Both the position numbers and the translations under genes were made by a program. From IMG/VR virus record IMGVR_UViG_3300027708_000012, positions 62,001-126,000 of that record: 64,000 nt of DNA; one strand, written 5' to 3'. The notes under the pieces were generated by a model that saw only the letters and a program-made list of their open reading frames with translations, was not told where the DNA came from and ran no database searches. Of this stretch, positions 53,381-64,000 are shown piece after piece; positions within the stretch are counted from its first letter, which is position 1; each line of letters opens with the position of its first letter.

Positions 53381-56300
53381 TGGCAACAAATATCAATGGT
53401 AAAAAAGGTCTTAGCGCAAATTTATTGCCAAGTTTTTATCAAACTCCTGCAAACAAGAAATTCTTACAAAGCACTATAGATCAATTATTTCAACCTGGTA
53501 CGCTTACAAAAATTAAAGGTTATATTGGTAGAGAAAATGCAAAAGCAAGTACTGGTAATGATGTTTATCTTAAATCTGCAAATCAGATTAGACAAAACTA
53601 TCAGTTAGAACCGGGACTTGTAATTAAAGATTCATCGGATAATATTGCATTTTTTAAAGACTATATTGATTATATAAATCAAATTAGTATTTTTGGCGGC
53701 AATACTTCTAATCATGCAAGATTAAACAAACAAGAATTTTACAGCTGGGACCCCCATATTGATTGGGATAAATTTGTTAATTTTCAAAATTATTACTGGT
53801 TGCCTTACGGTCCTGACACAATTACAATTTACGGTCCTCAGAATGTTATTAGTACAACATATACTGTTAAGTTACAAACAGAAGGATCCAACAATCAATA
53901 TGTTTTTACACCAGACGGTTCAACTCCTAATCCTGACTTAATACTCTATAGGGGTAAAACATACAAATTTGATATTGACAGTCCTGGCAATCCATTTAGT
54001 TTTAAAACAACTAGAAGTACTGGATCTTTAAATCGCTATCAGCGTTTAAATGCTGTGGACAATTATGCAGTTGAATCTGGAACTATTACAATTTCTATAC
54101 CAGAAGATGCTCCAAGCATTTTATATTATCAAAGCGAAACTGATATAACATCCGGTGGCGTGATTCAAATATTATCAATAGATGAAAATACAAATATTGA
54201 TGTTACTTTAGAAATTCTAGGTAAAAAATCAGTTACATTAAGCGATGGCACTTTATTAAGTAACGGCATGAAAATTGCATTTGGTGGCAACGTACAACCG
54301 GCAAGTTATGCTGTAGATCAATATTATGTTGAAGGTGTTGGTAAATCTATTATACTAGTTCCAGCATCTGTATTAGAAGTTATCAGTCCATGGTCGGTGG
54401 ATGAATCAATACCTTTTGATTCAACTCCTTTTGATAAAGCACCATGGGAAGATGCCACAAGTTATGCTAGCGAAGTAGATTATATAACAATTAATCGCTC
54501 TAGTCGAGATCACAACCCTTGGAGTCGATATAACAGATGGTTCCATAAAGATGTTATTACCGCAAGTGCATTGTACAATAACACTACTGTTGGCTTAGAT
54601 CAAACTCTTCGTGCTGTTCGTCCTATTATTGAATTTGAAGCAGATATTCGATTGTTTAATTTTGGTACAACCGCAATTTTTGACATTGACATCTTTGATG
54701 ATACTACTGGTAATACTGCATTGAATAAACATGCATTGCCTGTTTTTACAGCCATCGAAGGCACAACAAGTTACCAAGCACCTACAGGCAATCCGTCGGT
54801 TTCTATACCATTATCGGATGGTATGCTAGTTTTATTTACAGGCGACCCTGATCCGTTAGTGCAAAATAAAATTTATCGAGTAGAATATATTGATGTAAAA
54901 CATGTTGCACCTACTGATAATTCACCGTCGGGCAGTAAACAACTTCACTTGGTTGAAATTGCATCACCTGAGTTAAATCAAGTAGTGTTAGTTAGACAAG
55001 GAAAATATCAAAGTCAGATGTTTTGGTTTAACGGTAGTTCTTGGATACAAGCACAACAGAAATTAAAAGTAAATCAACCACCGTTATTTGATATTGTTGA
55101 TGATAGTGGAACAAGTTTTGGAGATGAGTCTGTTTACACAGGAACTACATTTAAAGGTTCTAAGATTTTTTCTTATAAAATAGGAACAGGACAAACAGAC
55201 TCTAAATTAGGATTCCCATTAAGTTATCAAAATGTGAATAACATTGGGGATATTGTTTTTAACTTTGACCTTGCAAATGATGCTTTTGAATATAAAAAAG
55301 AATTAGGATTAATATCGCAAAACATAAATGTTGGATACTTGTCTTCTTTAAACTACGGCGGCAATACAATTTATAAAAATGGCTGGCAAACCTGTACTAC
55401 TGAAAATGTTCAAGCAGCTGTTAGAATTTATAAAAATTCCGGATTAACTAAATCTTTTCAGTTAGATATATTTGATAATCATAATAAATTAGAAGATTTA
55501 GTAGTCAAAGTATATGTTAATGGCCATCGACTATCTAGCTCTAATTGGAATTTAGTTAATTCAACTCCTTACAAACGAATTGTTTTAACTACACCTATTA
55601 GTTTAACAGATGTTCTTACTGTAAGAGCATTTTCTTCTCAGCCTATTAATGCTAACGGATACTACGAGGTTCCGCTTAATTTACAAAATAATCCGTTAAA
55701 CGATAATATGCTTAACTTTACACTAGGTGAAGTTATTGATCACGTTGGAACTATTGTAGACAATTTGCCAGGATTTACAGGAGTTTTTCCAGGCAATAGT
55801 ACATTAAGAGATTTAGGAAATATAACTCGTTATGGAACACGATTTGTCCAACATAGCGGCCCACTAAGTCTAGGCATATATCATGTTACATCAGAAACTA
55901 ATAACATTATAAAAGCAATTCAACAATCTCGAGATGATTATAATAATTTTAAACGAGTTTTTATTGATACAGCTAGTAACTTAGGAAAAGATGGCGACCC
56001 TATAACTATAACAAATTTAGTTTTAGAAAAAATAAATGCAAACAAACCAAATACTGCTCCATATTATTTTAGTGATATGGTGCCCTACGGTGCATGCATA
56101 GTTTCTGATCTTTCAGTAGTAGATTATCGAATTAAAAAATACCCTTTAAGCACAGTTTTCACTTTAGACAAATTAAGTAACAAAGCAGTTGGTGTATATT
56201 TAAATGGTACACAATTGATAAATGAACAAGATTATTCGTTTAGTAATCAAAGTTTTGTTATTATTGCTGATCGGGTTAATCTTAAAAATGGCGACACTAT

Positions 56301-58569
56301 TACTACCTACGAGTACGATAGTACCGACGGATGCTTTGTACCAGCAACTCCTACTAAGCTAGGAATGTATCCATCATTTATTCCACAGATTTATACCGAT
56401 ACAACATTAGTTAATCCCCAAACAGTAATTCAAGGACACGATGGCAGTATTGTTTTAGCATACGGCGATTATCGAGATGATTTGTTGCTAGAGTTAGAAA
56501 AAAGAATTTTTAATAACATTAAAGTAAAATACAATACTGATATCTTTGATATATCTGACGTTATTCCTAGTTATAACAGAAATACAGATTATACATTATC
56601 TGAATTTAATCAAGTATTAGCTCCTAATTTTTACAAATGGACTAACTTAATAGGAAAAGATTTAACTACTCCTTTAAATTATGACCGAGCAAATTCATTT
56701 ACGTATAATTACTCGTTAAACTATGCGCCCGATGCTTCTACTAGTCTTCCAGGTTACTGGAGAGGAGTTTATAGATATTTGTTAGATACCGATCGTCCTA
56801 ATATCTGTCCGTGGGAAATGCTTGGATTTACTATCGAACCTAGTTGGTGGCAAGATGTTTACGGACCAGCACCTTATACTAGCAATAATTTACCATTATG
56901 GCAAGATATTGCAAACGGCACAATTCGTATACCAAATCAATCGGCAATGTATTCTAAAAAATATGCAAAGCCTTTTATATTAAATCACATACCGGTTGAT
57001 GATTCTGGAAATCTTATTAGTCCGTTAGATTCGGGAATTGCCGGAGGTTCGTTAAATCCAAACATAGATAATAACTTTGTGTTCGGAGACGGCAGTCCAG
57101 TTGAAACAGCGTGGTCAAGAAGTAGTCACTATCCGTTTAGTGTTTTAATTTCTAGTATTTTATTATTTCCTGCAAAAACGTTCGGAATTTTGTTAGACAG
57201 ATCTCGCATTAAACGAAACCTTGCAGGCCAATTAATATATACCGCAACTGGTTTACGTATAACACCTGCAGATATTATTTTGCCAAGTATATATTCAAGT
57301 AAGTCTAGGGAACAAACAGCTGGACTTATAAATTATTCGGTTGATTTAATATTCAATTATATTTTTAGTAATAATCTTGCAAATTATAATTCTTATCAAT
57401 CTGATTTAAGATCAATGTTACCTCAGTTAAGTTATCGCATGGGTGCGTTTTCTAATCAAGGTCAATTTAATTTGTTATTAGAATCTAAAACACCAACCAG
57501 TTCTGGTAATGTTTTTGTCCCAACCGATGACTATAAGATATTTCTAAATAAATCCAGTAGTATAAAAAAATTAAACTATAGTGGTGTTATTATCACAAAG
57601 CTATCTACAGGTTTTGAAATTAAAGGTTATAGTATAACACAACCTTATTTTAATTATTATAGCCCTAACAATGTTGGAGTTACAATAAATGTAGGTGGTA
57701 TATCTGAAAACTATTCAACATGGACCGCAGGTCAACAATATGCAACCGGTCATGTAGTAAAATCTGATAATGTTTACTATAGAACAACAGTTACACATGT
57801 TTCATCTAACACATTTAATTCAGATTATTTTGTTGCATTGCCTGACTTGCCAATGTCGGGCGGGGTATCGGCCAAATTAAAAAATTCATGGGATCGATCA
57901 TCTGTTAATGTTGCACCGTACGGAACTTTAATTACAAAACTACAAGATGTTGTTGATTTCTTATTAGGATACGGAGAATATTTAAAAGATCAAGGATTCT
58001 TATTTGATGACTTTAATAGAAATCTTTCAGCAGTTGCTAACTGGGAAACTAGTGCAAAAGAATTTATGTTCTGGTCAACTCAAACTTGGAGTACTGAACA
58101 AGATAAATGGAGTGATTGGTCTGCATCGCAACCTTATACATACGGCACAATTGTAAGATACGATGGCGACTACTATAGCGCATTATTCAATATTGCGCCT
58201 GCAACTACTTTTGATTATACAAAATGGTCAATATTACCAGGTTTGAGTAATGTTGGTAGTAGTGTAATTAGTTTAAGTCCTAGCGCAAATGGTATAACTT
58301 TTGTCACTGACTTGGCTGTAGTGGATAGCATTACTAGTAATTTTAATCCTTATGAAATTTTTAAAGTTGACGGAACCCCCTTTGAAATAGCTCATATAGA
58401 TAGTTACCGACAAGAGAACACTGTAACTTATAGTCCTCGTACCACAGATGGAATTTTTGGTGCAAGTTTTTACCTAGTTCAAAACGAACATATTATTGTT
58501 GTAAACAATAAAACAATATTTAACGATATAATTTACAGTCCTGCTAGTGGATATAGACAGGAACGATAG
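53380..58569 (+). CDS. Giant baseplate wedge/structural protein (gp7-like), N-terminal 1729 codons ending at an in-frame TAG
   Basis: Coupled to gp6 by TAATG. Motifs LLP.FYQT..NKKFL, IDWDKFVNF.NYYWLP.GP, PWEMLGF, and CBM-like repeats. Confidence 0.7.
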   Translation: MATNINGKKGLSANLLPSFYQTPANKKFLQSTIDQLFQPGTLTKIKGYIGRENAKASTGNDVYLKSANQIRQNYQLEPGLVIKDSSDNIAFFKDYIDYINQISIFGGNTSNHARLNKQEFYSWDPHIDWDKFVNFQNYYWLPYGPDTITIYGPQNVISTTYTVKLQTEGSNNQYVFTPDGSTPNPDLILYRGKTYKFDIDSPGNPFSFKTTRSTGSLNRYQRLNAVDNYAVESGTITISIPEDAPSILYYQSETDITSGGVIQILSIDENTNIDVTLEILGKKSVTLSDGTLLSNGMKIAFGGNVQPASYAVDQYYVEGVGKSIILVPASVLEVISPWSVDESIPFDSTPFDKAPWEDATSYASEVDYITINRSSRDHNPWSRYNRWFHKDVITASALYNNTTVGLDQTLRAVRPIIEFEADIRLFNFGTTAIFDIDIFDDTTGNTALNKHALPVFTAIEGTTSYQAPTGNPSVSIPLSDGMLVLFTGDPDPLVQNKIYRVEYIDVKHVAPTDNSPSGSKQLHLVEIASPELNQVVLVRQGKYQSQMFWFNGSSWIQAQQKLKVNQPPLFDIVDDSGTSFGDESVYTGTTFKGSKIFSYKIGTGQTDSKLGFPLSYQNVNNIGDIVFNFDLANDAFEYKKELGLISQNINVGYLSSLNYGGNTIYKNGWQTCTTENVQAAVRIYKNSGLTKSFQLDIFDNHNKLEDLVVKVYVNGHRLSSSNWNLVNSTPYKRIVLTTPISLTDVLTVRAFSSQPINANGYYEVPLNLQNNPLNDNMLNFTLGEVIDHVGTIVDNLPGFTGVFPGNSTLRDLGNITRYGTRFVQHSGPLSLGIYHVTSETNNIIKAIQQSRDDYNNFKRVFIDTASNLGKDGDPITITNLVLEKINANKPNTAPYYFSDMVPYGACIVSDLSVVDYRIKKYPLSTVFTLDKLSNKAVGVYLNGTQLINEQDYSFSNQSFVIIADRVNLKNGDTITTYEYDSTDGCFVPATPTKLGMYPSFIPQIYTDTTLVNPQTVIQGHDGSIVLAYGDYRDDLLLELEKRIFNNIKVKYNTDIFDISDVIPSYNRNTDYTLSEFNQVLAPNFYKWTNLIGKDLTTPLNYDRANSFTYNYSLNYAPDASTSLPGYWRGVYRYLLDTDRPNICPWEMLGFTIEPSWWQDVYGPAPYTSNNLPLWQDIANGTIRIPNQSAMYSKKYAKPFILNHIPVDDSGNLISPLDSGIAGGSLNPNIDNNFVFGDGSPVETAWSRSSHYPFSVLISSILLFPAKTFGILLDRSRIKRNLAGQLIYTATGLRITPADIILPSIYSSKSREQTAGLINYSVDLIFNYIFSNNLANYNSYQSDLRSMLPQLSYRMGAFSNQGQFNLLLESKTPTSSGNVFVPTDDYKIFLNKSSSIKKLNYSGVIITKLSTGFEIKGYSITQPYFNYYSPNNVGVTINVGGISENYSTWTAGQQYATGHVVKSDNVYYRTTVTHVSSNTFNSDYFVALPDLPMSGGVSAKLKNSWDRSSVNVAPYGTLITKLQDVVDFLLGYGEYLKDQGFLFDDFNRNLSAVANWETSAKEFMFWSTQTWSTEQDKWSDWSASQPYTYGTIVRYDGDYYSALFNIAPATTFDYTKWSILPGLSNVGSSVISLSPSANGITFVTDLAVVDSITSNFNPYEIFKVDGTPFEIAHIDSYRQENTVTYSPRTTDGIFGASFYLVQNEHIIVVNNKTIFNDIIYSPASGYRQER

Positions 58570-61500
58570 ATCGTTTCCGGATATGTTACTACTGATTGGT
58601 ACGGCGGCCTTGACATACCAGGGTTCATATTTGACTCAGCAGCAATAAAATTATGGGAACCTTATCAAGACTATTCAATTGGTGATATTGTTAACCATCA
58701 AGGATACTATTATAGTGCTCCTAAGCTATTAGGAGGAACTGCAGTATTTTCAGCAAGCGACTGGACCTTATTACCTAAAAAGCCATCAAGCCAGATTTTA
58801 CCAAATTGGACAAACGTTGCAACTCAATTTACAGATTTTTATAATCTTGAAGTTGATAGTTTTAATACTGACCAACAATCGATGGCTCATCATTTGATCG
58901 GCTATCAAAAACGCCAGTATCTTGATAATATTATTCAAGATGATGTAAGCGAATTTAAATTCTATCAAGGAATGATTCGAGAAAAGGGAACACAAAATGT
59001 CCTTAACAAATTATTTGATGTGTTAAGTTCTGATAATCTTGAAAGTTTGGTATTTTATGAAGAGTGGGCGATTCGTGTCGGACAATATGGTGCTGCAAAT
59101 GCATTTGAAAATGTTGAATTTATTTTAAATCAAGAAGATTATAATAGAAATAATCCGCAAGCTACTCTGTTAGTAGAACAATTTAACTCATCGGTTAGTA
59201 CATTTGTTAATCAACAACCAGCTAACTCTGTATACTTAAAACCGTTAGGATATAATTCTAATCCGTTTCCGCTTAAAGAAAGTAACAATTCTTTCTTAAG
59301 AAGTGCCGGACATGTAAATTTGCTAGATGTTAAATTAGGGATACGAGATCTTAGTCAGCTAGTATCTCAGTCGGTTGCTTCGATTAAAACAGGAATTAAC
59401 TATAAAATATTAGTTCCTGGCGCAACTAACTTTACACAAATAGGATCATCTAATAACGATCCTGGTACAATTTTTAATGCTACTTCTGTAGGAACAGGAG
59501 ACGGTACAGTATCGGTTGATGTTACACAGTTTACAGAAGGTGATTACATTTGGTGTTCATTTGATGATACTGTTGTGTCAAACACTTGGAATGTCTACAG
59601 ATTTACCGATATAGGCTTGCGAGTAACTAATGCAACTTATTCTAATAATACTCTTTCTATAACTTGCAAACATCTAGTGAATCTTAAAGTTGGGTCGTAT
59701 GTTGGTATTGTTTTAGAATTACCAAACTCGCAAAAAATAAAAGGGCTTGATGGATTTTTCCAAGTAGCTAGTGTTAGTTTAAATTCGTTTACGGTTTCTG
59801 CTAAAATTGCAGGTTTCCCTGCACACTTTACGCACTTGCAACAACTTGTTATATTTGGTCTATTAACACAACGATCTACCAACATTGATTTAATAGATAA
59901 TATTTTACCAAAAAATCTGCGTCAGGGGGATTTATTATGGACAGACAATGATGCTTCGGGCAAGTGGGCTGTATGGACCTATAAACCGGCATTTTCTAAA
60001 AATACAATCAAACCAAAAACTCGCCCGAGCAATTTAAAATTTGGAAAAACTACTGCGATAAATCAGCTTGGAACTATTTCTGCGGTTGGAACAGCAACAG
60101 GTAGTGTTAGCATATATGATAGAATTAGCAAAGGACTTGGTTGGATAAGTCGACAATACATACAAGCACCGTTTACTGCACATTCTGATGTTAATGAACT
60201 TAGTACACTTGCTACAGTACTAGCAATATCCCCATCGGGCGAATGGTTCTTATCAGGATCTCCAGCCGCTGGAAATATTGCTACAGCTTATGTTGGGGAA
60301 TATGTTTCTTCTAATGCATACAATATTGGAGATATAGTAAAGTATATTGACACTTATTACGAAGCAATAGTATTAACACCTGCTCATCAAACTCCGTCAA
60401 CTAAATCGTTATATTGGAAATCTATACTATACATTCCAGTTAGTAATCAATCAGATAATTCAGAATTATCTACACAAGGTGCTGTATCTTTATACAAAAA
60501 AGATATCAATAATACCTATACATTAGTAGATACTGTTATTAGTCCAATGCCGGCCAATAATGAACAATTTGGCCAATCAATTGTACTTAATGATAATGTA
60601 CTATGGATAAGTGCTCCAGGTGCAAATGATTCTCAAGGCGCAATTTATAAATTTATTAATACTGATACTGTACAGGCAAGCACATTTTATGATGCGGTTG
60701 GAAGTTCTGGTGTAACAATGCATGTAACTAGTACAGCTGGTATATCAGCAGGACAACTTGTTCGAGGAGTTGGATTTGCAAGTGGACAAGCAGTTAAATC
60801 GGTATTATCTAAATTATTTTTTGCTTCTATTCCAGGAGTTCCAAATTATATTCGTGATACACAAAATAATAATGTAAATTTAAATTTTATATCACAAGCA
60901 ACAGTTGTTACCGGTAACGGTATTTTACCAGGCACACAAGTAGTAAAATCAGGAGTAGATATATCTGGAAAATACTATGTGTTAGTTAGTTCAGAAAGAG
61001 ATATCTTACAAACTGTGACAACAGTCACATTTACAAATTCAATAATCTCGGCAGAATTTACAATTGATAATATACAAAGCGATGCAACTATATTATTATC
61101 TAGTAAACCAGATCAAACGCCTGAGGGTAATTTGCAATTCATTGTTACTAATTGGAAATATGATTTAACAGGAACGATTTCTGGCCAACAAGTCAACTCT
61201 AATTTTGGAAGTGTGCTTTCATTTAGTAAAGACGGTTCTACCCTGTTAGTTTCTTCCATAGAAACTAGAATAATTAGCCCTTCAGAAACAATAATGATTG
61301 GTGTAGTCTATGTCTATAAAAATAACGAAAATACTTATAGTTTAATTCAAACACTAGAAGGAACAGACAGTAGTTTTGGTCAAAGTACCTCAATATCAAC
61401 TAATGGAGAATTTATTTCCATTACTGATAGTACATATCCGGATAACGTAAGTCGTCATGGACGAGTTAGTATCTATTCATTGAACACTGAAACTAATCAG

Positions 61501-64000
61501 TATGAAAATCCTCAGTATATTACTGACCACTATTCTGATATAGGTAGTAATTTTGGCAATTTGGCAGCATTTATGAATAACTATGATACATTAGTTGTCT
61601 ATAGCGAAAATGCTGCCGGCCCACAAATAACTTCGTTTGATAGCGGAACAGTAACCTTTGATAAAGCATCAACTAAAATTATTTCATCTATTATTGGTAG
61701 CGGAAGAATTGATGTTTATGACAGATACAATAACAATTGGGTGTTCGGCGAGTCGTTAGCTAATCCTGATGAAAATCTTGATGCGTTTGGAGCAGGATTT
61801 TCTGTAGGCAACAATAGTATATTTGCTGGCGCACCGTTGTTTACCCCAACTGATTCTGACGGAAACTTAATTACTGATTCAGAAAATACCGGAGTATTGT
61901 ATTCTTACACAAAAACTGAAAATGTATATAGTTGGACACGAAAAGATATTCAATCTAAAATAGTTGATGTTGAAAAACTTAAAAAATCTTTTTTATATAA
62001 TAAATCTACAGATCAACTTGTAACTTATCTAGATGTAATAGATCCTATACAAGGTAAAATTGCAGGACCAGCCGATGAAGAATTGAAATATAAAACTTTT
62101 TATGATCCTGCAGTTTATTCGCACAGTGACGGCACAGTATCGGTTACAGTTAGTACACAAACATACTGGTCAAAAAATCAATTAGGTCAACTATGGTGGG
62201 ATTTAAGATCTGCAAAATTCATTGATCCTTATTTTAATAATATTCTTTACAAGTCTAATACTTGGAATAATCTTGCACCCGGCGCAACTATTGATATTTA
62301 CGAATGGATTACTTCTTCGGTGTTGCCCGAGTCATGGGATGCTCAAGCCGATACTCCTGCAGGAATTGCGTTAGGTATTAGCGGTACAAGTTTATATGGT
62401 AATAAAGTTTATAGTGTACGTCAACGATACAATAATATAACTAAAAAATTTACTAATGTTTATTATTTCTGGGTTAAGAATAGACGATTGACGCCGGCTA
62501 TTACAGGCCGCCGTATTTCGGCGCTATCAGTTTCAAATTTGATATCGTCTCCAATTTCTGAAGGATACACATATCTTTCATTGATTGGTGGAGATTCGTT
62601 TGCATTATCAAATTCTTACAAATACCTAGAAGGAAATAATACAGTATTGTCAGTAGAATACTGGACAACTGATAGCATACACAGAAATATCCATAGTCAG
62701 TGGAAATTAATTAGCTCCGATAGTATTGTAGATTTACCTCATACTATTGAGCAAAAATGGATTGACAGTCTTTGCGGATCTGATATTGCCGGAAGAGTTG
62801 TTCCTGATACAGAATTACCTCCTAAACTAAGATACGGTATTGAAAATCGTCCACGTCAAAGTATGTTTGTAAATCGTATTGAAACTTTAAAAGAATTTGT
62901 TGAACTAACTAATATTTCTTTATTAAAGCATCAAATAACTAAGACACGGGATATTAGCAAACTAGAAGAGTATGATATTCATCCTACAGTAATACACGGA
63001 TTGTATGATAGCACTCTGGACACCGAAGCAGAACTATCATATACAAATGCAAATTTATTCCAGAGACCAAGTTTATCTCCAATTATAGTAGACGGTAAAA
63101 TTACTGGAATTATGATTATAAATTCAGGCAAGGGGTATTTAAATCCGCCATACATTCAGATATCTGGATCAGGCGAAGGCGCCATTGTAAGATCGGTAAT
63201 TGATTCTTCTGGTAGAATTATATCAGCAACTGTAGAGTCTTCAGGCTATGGATACGATGATAATACAACTTGCTCTGTAAGGGATTACTGTGTATTAGTT
63301 CTTAGCGATATTTCAGCAAATGGTGTGTGGAGTATATATTCTTACGATCCTACATATATTGATAATACAACAAGATCAGTAGTTGGCATATGGTCCCGAA
63401 CACAGACACAAAGTTACGATGTTAAAAATTATTGGACTTATGCCGACTGGTACGGATCATACACAGATACTTCTGGGAAAGTATTATTCACCGCTAGTCA
63501 GTATACCGCAGCGGATTTTAGTGTTGCAACCTATGCAGATTTAAATTCTATAGCAACAAAAATTGGTCAACTTGTTAAAGTATTAACTGTTAATACTGGT
63601 GGTTGGGAATTATTATACAAGTATGCTGATTCTTCTAGTATTGATTGGACACAAAGCTATAGTTTAGTTGGTATACAAAATGGTACATTGCAATTAAATT
63701 CTAACTTGTACGAAACTAGTTCAACTACTGTAGGCTATGATTCTGGTATATATGATAATACTGGATTTGATATTAAAGCAGCAACTGAATTAAGAAGAAT
63801 TTTAAATACTTTAAAAAATAATATTTTTATTAACGAGTTAAAGAGTTCTTATTTAGAATTATTTTTCAGCAGCATACATTATGCGCATAGTGAACAACTG
63901 TATCTTGATTGGATCTTTAAAACAAGTTTTGTTCGTGCCACACACAATGTAGGAGATCTAGGACAACCTGTTTATTATCCTGTGGATAATTTAAGTAATT
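58570..64000 (+). CDS. In-frame continuation of the gp7-like gene (about 1810 codons, runs off the window)
   Basis: Same frame after the TAG: IVSGYVTTDWYGGLDIPGFIFD...LIGYQKRQYL...FYQGMIREKGT...EEWAIRVGQYG...DPIQGKIAGPA...GQLWWDL...YLDWIFKTSF. I translated the first ~900 nt and spot-checked the rest. It is absent from the ORF track, consistent with no stop before the window end. Confidence 0.85.
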   Translation, partial: MVSGYVTTDWYGGLDIPGFIFDSAAIKLWEPYQDYSIGDIVNHQGYYYSAPKLLGGTAVFSASDWTLLPKKPSSQILPNWTNVATQFTDFYNLEVDSFNTDQQSMAHHLIGYQKRQYLDNIIQDDVSEFKFYQGMIREKGTQNVLNKLFDVLSSDNLESLVFYEEWAIRVGQYGAANAFENVEFILNQEDYNRNNPQATLLVEQFNSSVSTFVNQQPANSVYLKPLGYNSNPFPLKESNNSFLRSAGHVNLLDVKLGIRDLSQLVSQSVASIKTGINYKILVPGATNFTQIGSSNNDPGTIFNATSVGTGDGTVSVDVTQFTEGDYIWCSFDDTVVSNTWNVYRFTDIGLRVTNATYSNNTLSITCKHLVNLKVGSYVGIVLELPNSQKIKGLDGFFQVASVSLNSFTVSAKIAGFPAHFTHLQQLVIFGLLTQRSTNIDLIDNILPKNLRQGDLLWTDNDASGKWAVWTYKPAFSKNTIKPKTRPSNLKFGKTTAINQLGTISAVGTATGSVSIYDRISKGLGWISRQYIQAPFTAHSDVNELSTLATVLAISPSGEWFLSGSPAAGNIATAYVGEYVSSNAYNIGDIVKYIDTYYEAIVLTPAHQTPSTKSLYWKSILYIPVSNQSDNSELSTQGAVSLYKKDINNTYTLVDTVISPMPANNEQFGQSIVLNDNVLWISAPGANDSQGAIYKFINTDTVQASTFYDAVGSSGVTMHVTSTAGISAGQLVRGVGFASGQAVKSVLSKLFFASIPGVPNYIRDTQNNNVNLNFISQATVVTGNGILPGTQVVKSGVDISGKYYVLVSSERDILQTVTTVTFTNSIISAEFTIDNIQSDATILLSSKPDQTPEGNLQFIVTNWKYDLTGTISGQQVNSNFGSVLSFSKDGSTLLVSSIETRIISPSETIMIGVVYVYKNNENTYSLIQTLEGTDSSFGQSTSISTNGEFISITDSTYPDNVSRHGRVSIYSLNTETNQYENPQYITDHYSDIGSNFGNLAAFMNNYDTLVVYSENAAGPQITSFDSGTVTFDKASTKIISSIIGSGRIDVYDRYNNNWVFGESLANPDENLDAFGAGFSVGNNSIFAGAPLFTPTDSDGNLITDSENTGVLYSYTKTENVYSWTRKDIQSKIVDVEKLKKSFLYNKSTDQLVTYLDVIDPIQGKIAGPADEELKYKTFYDPAVYSHSDGTVSVTVSTQTYWSKNQLGQLWWDLRSAKFIDPYFNNILYKSNTWNNLAPGATIDIYEWITSSVLPESWDAQADTPAGIALGISGTSLYGNKVYSVRQRYNNITKKFTNVYYFWVKNRRLTPAITGRRISALSVSNLISSPISEGYTYLSLIGGDSFALSNSYKYLEGNNTVLSVEYWTTDSIHRNIHSQWKLISSDSIVDLPHTIEQKWIDSLCGSDIAGRVVPDTELPPKLRYGIENRPRQSMFVNRIETLKEFVELTNISLLKHQITKTRDISKLEEYDIHPTVIHGLYDSTLDTEAELSYTNANLFQRPSLSPIIVDGKITGIMIINSGKGYLNPPYIQISGSGEGAIVRSVIDSSGRIISATVESSGYGYDDNTTCSVRDYCVLVLSDISANGVWSIYSYDPTYIDNTTRSVVGIWSRTQTQSYDVKNYWTYADWYGSYTDTSGKVLFTASQYTAADFSVATYADLNSIATKIGQLVKVLTVNTGGWELLYKYADSSSIDWTQSYSLVGIQNGTLQLNSNLYETSSTTVGYDSGIYDNTGFDIKAATELRRILNTLKNNIFINELKSSYLELFFSSIHYAHSEQLYLDWIFKTSFVRATHNVGDLGQPVYYPVDNLSN

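Noticed and set aside
58570-58640. SECIS/PYLIS-like recoding hairpin after the amber codon
   Set aside because: No convincing stem-loop was seen immediately 3' of the TAG, and there is no pyrrolysine machinery in the window.
1-64000. Genome-wide stop-codon reassignment (TAG to Gln, code 15; or TGA recoding)
   Set aside because: About 60 kb of genes translate intact in the standard code with only one internal TAG, and TGA ends three genes at start/stop overlaps. A recoded genome would show many interruptions.

Overview
The window is a densely coding, AT-rich 64 kb segment of a large T4-like (myovirus) phage genome. Left to right it holds: (i) a + strand accessory enzyme cluster (2OG-Fe(II) oxygenase, NodU/CmcH/TobZ-type carbamoyltransferase, flavin-dependent halogenase-like protein); (ii) a long - strand block of fibre/virion genes, including two giant paralogous fibres of about 2600 and 1900 aa; (iii) the head module (gp23, gp22, gp21, acidic core protein, gp20) and a tape-measure-like gene; (iv) gp26/gp51-like hub chaperones, a GIY-YIG nuclease, gp46/gp47 and the gp55 late sigma factor; (v) a + strand baseplate operon (gp48/54-like, gp53, hub, gp5, gp25, gp6 and a giant gp7-like wedge that runs off the window). 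T4-type late promoter cores (TAAATA) precede many genes. Strongest unexplained signals: (1) a T TTT TTC slippery heptamer at the end of gp26 that would fuse it by -1 frameshift to the gp51-like ORF, which lacks a convincing start, as in lambda G/GT; (2) a ~450 nt hairpin-rich, internally repeated non-coding element directly downstream of the GIY-YIG gene; (3) a single in-frame TAG splitting a >3500-codon baseplate ORF; (4) structured 5' leaders on two late genes; (5) a 98-bp perfectly identical tract shared by the two otherwise diverged giant fibre genes. All calls are by-eye motif recognition; no searches were run.
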